Assembly (NCBI GenBank): GCA_965649205.1
Contig: CBFGJV010000001.1
Coordinates: 64,001 to 128,000, forward strand
DNA length: 64,000 nucleotides
Source of the DNA: a candidate division WOR-3 bacterium
GTDB taxonomy: Bacteria; Hydrothermota; Tepidihabitantia; Tepidihabitantales; Tepidihabitantaceae
Direction of reading: 5' to 3'
In this document: positions 61,007-64,000 of the stretch, piece by piece
How positions within the stretch are numbered: position 1 is the stretch's first letter
How the letters are laid out: every line of letters starts with the position of its first letter
Program-made: the position numbers and the translations under genes
The notes under the pieces: model-generated
Seen by the model: the letters and a program-made list of their open reading frames with translations, nothing else
What the model was told of the DNA's origin: nothing
Databases searched by the model: none

Positions 61007-61158
61007 TTAAGCCGTTTCCCTAACTCCAATTCGGATTCTAGGAGGAGGTGACTATAAGTCAAGCCCCGCAGGTGAAATTCAAGCAGATGCATAGCATAAA
61101 CGGAGAACAGTTAGTTCGCATTTACCCCCGCCAGCCGGCATATTTTCCGGGACAAAGA

Positions 61159-62274
61159 CTACGATTTTCTCAAGCCGGAAAGTAAAGTGTAAAGAAAAAG
61201 CGGACGGTTTACGGGCAGGCGACAGTCCTGTAGTCGGCTTGTGAGAAAAACTATGGTCTGCTCTAGAGTTTCCAGACTGCAGCGTTCCGCTTTTGCTTTA
61301 ATGGCCGCGTTACGCAGGCTGCAAACGCCCGGAATGCCTAGCTTGTACAGTAATGCCTGCCGATAAAGGAAAAGCAGGGTAAGTACTATTGTTTCCAGTG
61401 GAGTCCGACCAAGTTCATTTATTGCTGAGAGCACGGCAGCTTGATCTCGAGTTCCAAGGGAAAAGTAATTAAGCGCTGGCGTGCACAGGAATTTGTCCGG
61501 GTCATCCAGGAAACGTATAGCCCGTCCTGGCGCTCCTTCGGAAAAAACGGCTGCCAGCTCAGCTTCTTCAGCACTGATGCGTCGCGTTCTCATAAGCCAG
61601 TCTTGAACTGTTTCTGCCTTCAACGGGGAAAAACGCACCAGACGACAACGAGAGCGAATGGTATCCAAGAGAAGCTCCGGACGATCGGTGGTCAGAATTA
61701 AGCATGTTTCGGCCTGAGGTTCTTCCAGTGTTTTCAAGAAGGCGTTGGCAGCTTCTACACCCATCCGGTCGGCCCGGACTACAATGAAGAAACGGTGGGG
61801 CGCAAACAGGGGCGGACGAGCCATCTCCCGCCGCACCCAGCGAATTGCTCCTATGGAAATGCGCTGTCGAGGGTCTGGTTCAGGCTGAATCTGAGATAGA
61901 CCATAACTACCGGCGGCTGTGAGCAGGCTCTGAGCGATACTTTCCAAACTTTCCTCAGTACTCGTCTCTTCCTGCGCCCGTCCGCTGTCTAGAGGTACAA
62001 CCAGCCTTATATCAGGGTGCCTCAAGGTAGCTATGGTGCGACAAGAGCGACAAGTTCCACACGGTCTGGTACCTTCTTCACTGCAGTTTGCCGCCTGCGC
62101 AAGCAGAAGCGCTGCCGTACGTTTGCCGGTTCCTTCCGGACCCGCAAAAAGCAGGGGTGGGAAAGTCCTACTTTGCAGGAGAGCAGTAAGAAGGCGAACA
62201 ACTCGTTCTTGGCCAAGAAGGGGAAACCTGAAAAGGGCATCTGCGGCTTGCGGGGGGCGTGCAGACGCGGACAT
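61159..62274 (-). CDS. holB: DNA polymerase III delta-prime subunit
   Basis: FAGPEGTGKR, C...PCGTCRSC, HPD, AANAFLKTLEEP, TIRSRC. Confidence 0.9.
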   Translation of the reverse strand: MSASARPPQAADALFRFPLLGQERVVRLLTALLQSRTFPPLLFAGPEGTGKRTAALLLAQAANCSEEGTRPCGTCRSCRTIATLRHPDIRLVVPLDSGRAQEETSTEESLESIAQSLLTAAGSYGLSQIQPEPDPRQRISIGAIRWVRREMARPPLFAPHRFFIVVRADRMGVEAANAFLKTLEEPQAETCLILTTDRPELLLDTIRSRCRLVRFSPLKAETVQDWLMRTRRISAEEAELAAVFSEGAPGRAIRFLDDPDKFLCTPALNYFSLGTRDQAAVLSAINELGRTPLETIVLTLLFLYRQALLYKLGIPGVCSLRNAAIKAKAERCSLETLEQTIVFLTSRLQDCRLPVNRPLFLYTLLSGLRKS

Positions 62275-62286
62275 AAAGAAGAACTC

Positions 62287-63474
62287 CTAGGGTTCCAGCC
62301 ACTCCAGAGGATCAACGGGCTGGCCCTGTTTTCTTATTTCAAAATGGAGATAGTTCTTGGTACGCCCGAGAATGGATCCTGCAGAAAGATAGGTTCCTAC
62401 TGGCGCCATACTGTCCAGATTGCCGTACAGGGTGTAATAGCCGCTACCATGATCAACAATAACCAGACGGCCATAGCCCATAAACTGGTCAGCATATACT
62501 ACCTTTCCCGGACCTGTGGCAACTACTGGTTCTCCGGGCTTGGTCTCAATATCTATGCCCGCGCTGTTGGTTCTGGTCTTGTATTGCGGATGCACCTGAG
62601 AGCCAAACCCGGTTATGATCTTTCCGCGCACGGGCCAACGTAACTTGCCCTTGTGCTGTTCCAGATAGCTAACCGGACCTGATTCCGTACGCCGTTGTTT
62701 CTCCAGCTCTGCAATGAGGTTTTGCAGTTGCTGTTGCGCATCTTCCAGTTCCCGTTCCAGCTCTTCTTGAGCTTTTTTCTCCGAACGCACTCGGGAGAGT
62801 AAAAGCGATTCTGCCTGTCGGGACGCAACCAGGGCTTCTTGTTCTTTCATACGCTCGCCACGCAGAATCTCCAGTTCGGCCCTTGCCGCCTGCAAACGCT
62901 CCCTTTCTTGAGACTGGCGCACGAGTAATTGTCGGAGTTCCTCTGCCAGTCGGCGATCGGCACGAGCCAGCCAACGCAGACGCAGAATTCTGCGGAAAAG
63001 TTCGGCGGCATCGGTTGCAGACATTGCCGCCTGTAGCCGCATCAGCAGACCGTACTTATAGAGAGTAAGCAGTCTTTCTGACAGAAGTTTCTGCCGAACT
63101 GCTATTTCTGCGGCTGTCTGTTCGGAAAGACGCGCTACCTGAGTTATTTCTTCGGTTCGTGCCGCAAGCTGAGCGTCCAGACGGCCTAAGTAGTTCTGCA
63201 GCAATCGTACCTGTTCCTGATAGGTTTCCAACCGCTCCAGACTCACCTTTTCGCTTTTCTGCAGCTCCTGAAGTCTTTGCCGGGTTGCTTCCAGTTGCTG
63301 CCGGGTTGCTTTGAGTTCACGTTGGCGCTTGTCAATCTCCTGTTCAAGAACGGAAAGGTCTGTCCCTATTGCAACGAATACCATTATCAGCGGCATCATC
63401 CATAGAAGGGATGGGCGAGGACATAACTTGCAGCTAGGAAGAGGATAACCACGCGCACAGAAAACAGGTTTCAT
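62287..63474 (-). CDS. envC: Murein hydrolase activator EnvC (coiled coil plus degenerate M23 domain)
   Basis: Long coiled coil; KGKLRWPVRG, GIDI, GYGRLVIVDHG, TLYGNL (His lost), LHFEIR; follows ftsX. Confidence 0.9.
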   Translation of the reverse strand: MKPVFCARGYPLPSCKLCPRPSLLWMMPLIMVFVAIGTDLSVLEQEIDKRQRELKATRQQLEATRQRLQELQKSEKVSLERLETYQEQVRLLQNYLGRLDAQLAARTEEITQVARLSEQTAAEIAVRQKLLSERLLTLYKYGLLMRLQAAMSATDAAELFRRILRLRWLARADRRLAEELRQLLVRQSQERERLQAARAELEILRGERMKEQEALVASRQAESLLLSRVRSEKKAQEELERELEDAQQQLQNLIAELEKQRRTESGPVSYLEQHKGKLRWPVRGKIITGFGSQVHPQYKTRTNSAGIDIETKPGEPVVATGPGKVVYADQFMGYGRLVIVDHGSGYYTLYGNLDSMAPVGTYLSAGSILGRTKNYLHFEIRKQGQPVDPLEWLEP

Positions 63475-64000
63475 CAGCGCAAACGATTTAGGGCCAGACG
63501 AGAGCCAATTAGACCCAGAAGACAGCCCAATCCCGGCATAGCCACCAACAAAGCATGCAAGGGCAATTCTATAGCAGGCAGTATCAGAGAAGTTACTTTT
63601 CCCATAATCCAGACGACTATGAAGGCGATGCTGCCGGCAAGAATACCTTGGGCAGTACCCTCGAGCAAAAAGGGAGTATCTACCGTGAGACGGTCAGCCC
63701 CAACCAGTTCCATTATCTCAATCTCCCTGCGCCGCGCAGAGAGGGAAGCGTCTACTGTCTGGAAAACAACGAAGGCTACAGCAAGGGACACTATGGCGAG
63801 AAGAATAAGTCCTGTCCACAACGCTGCCTGCACCAAACGATTGAGTCGGACTAAGGTCTCCTGACCGGACCACACTTCCGCCACTCCGGGTAAGAGTGTA
63901 ATCTTTCTTTCCAGTTCCTTGAGAACCGCGGTGTTTATGCCCGGCTGCAACGTTATGCGGATCGAGGCGGGGAGGGGGTTGGCTTCAAGCGCGGTAGCTA
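63474..64000 (-). CDS. ftsX: Cell division permease FtsX (3' part)
   Basis: NPLPASIRI; ARRREIEIMELVGA...PFLLEG; TGATG overlap with envC. Confidence 0.9.
   Translation of the reverse strand, partial: ATALEANPLPASIRITLQPGINTAVLKELERKITLLPGVAEVWSGQETLVRLNRLVQAALWTGLILLAIVSLAVAFVVFQTVDASLSARRREIEIMELVGADRLTVDTPFLLEGTAQGILAGSIAFIVVWIMGKVTSLILPAIELPLHALLVAMPGLGCLLGLIGSRLALNRLR

Overview
Core chromosome of a diderm bacterium. The gene content (several secreted proteins with T9SS/FlgD-like C-terminal domains, C25 gingipain-like peptidases, a Lys-rich Kelch protein) suggests candidate division WOR-3 or a relative; this is inference only. Housekeeping genes: etfB (partial), fhs, cstA, amrS, rarA, secA, sppA, cysS, rmuC, tldD/tldE, pyrK-D-F-E, split RsmF-like methyltransferase, manC, rdgB, addAB, asnS, holB, envC, ftsX (partial). 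There are five tRNAs, none with an encoded CCA, and an ECF sigma/anti-sigma/DUF4097/PDZ operon. No CRISPR, integrase, transposase or rRNA was seen. The most unusual signals are non-annotated: (1) a ~105-120 bp element present twice, 26 kb apart, built around the palindrome CGTAATACTCRTGAGTATTA, one copy inside an unannotated small ORF with good expression signals; (2) a 26-unit degenerate 12-bp tandem array near tRNA-Glu; (3) many promoters placed to give leaderless mRNAs; (4) an unannotated 37-aa basic ORF resembling bS22; (5) a four-Cys insert in SecA; (6) two C25 proteases sharing a conserved C-terminal module. All alignments and counts were done by hand.
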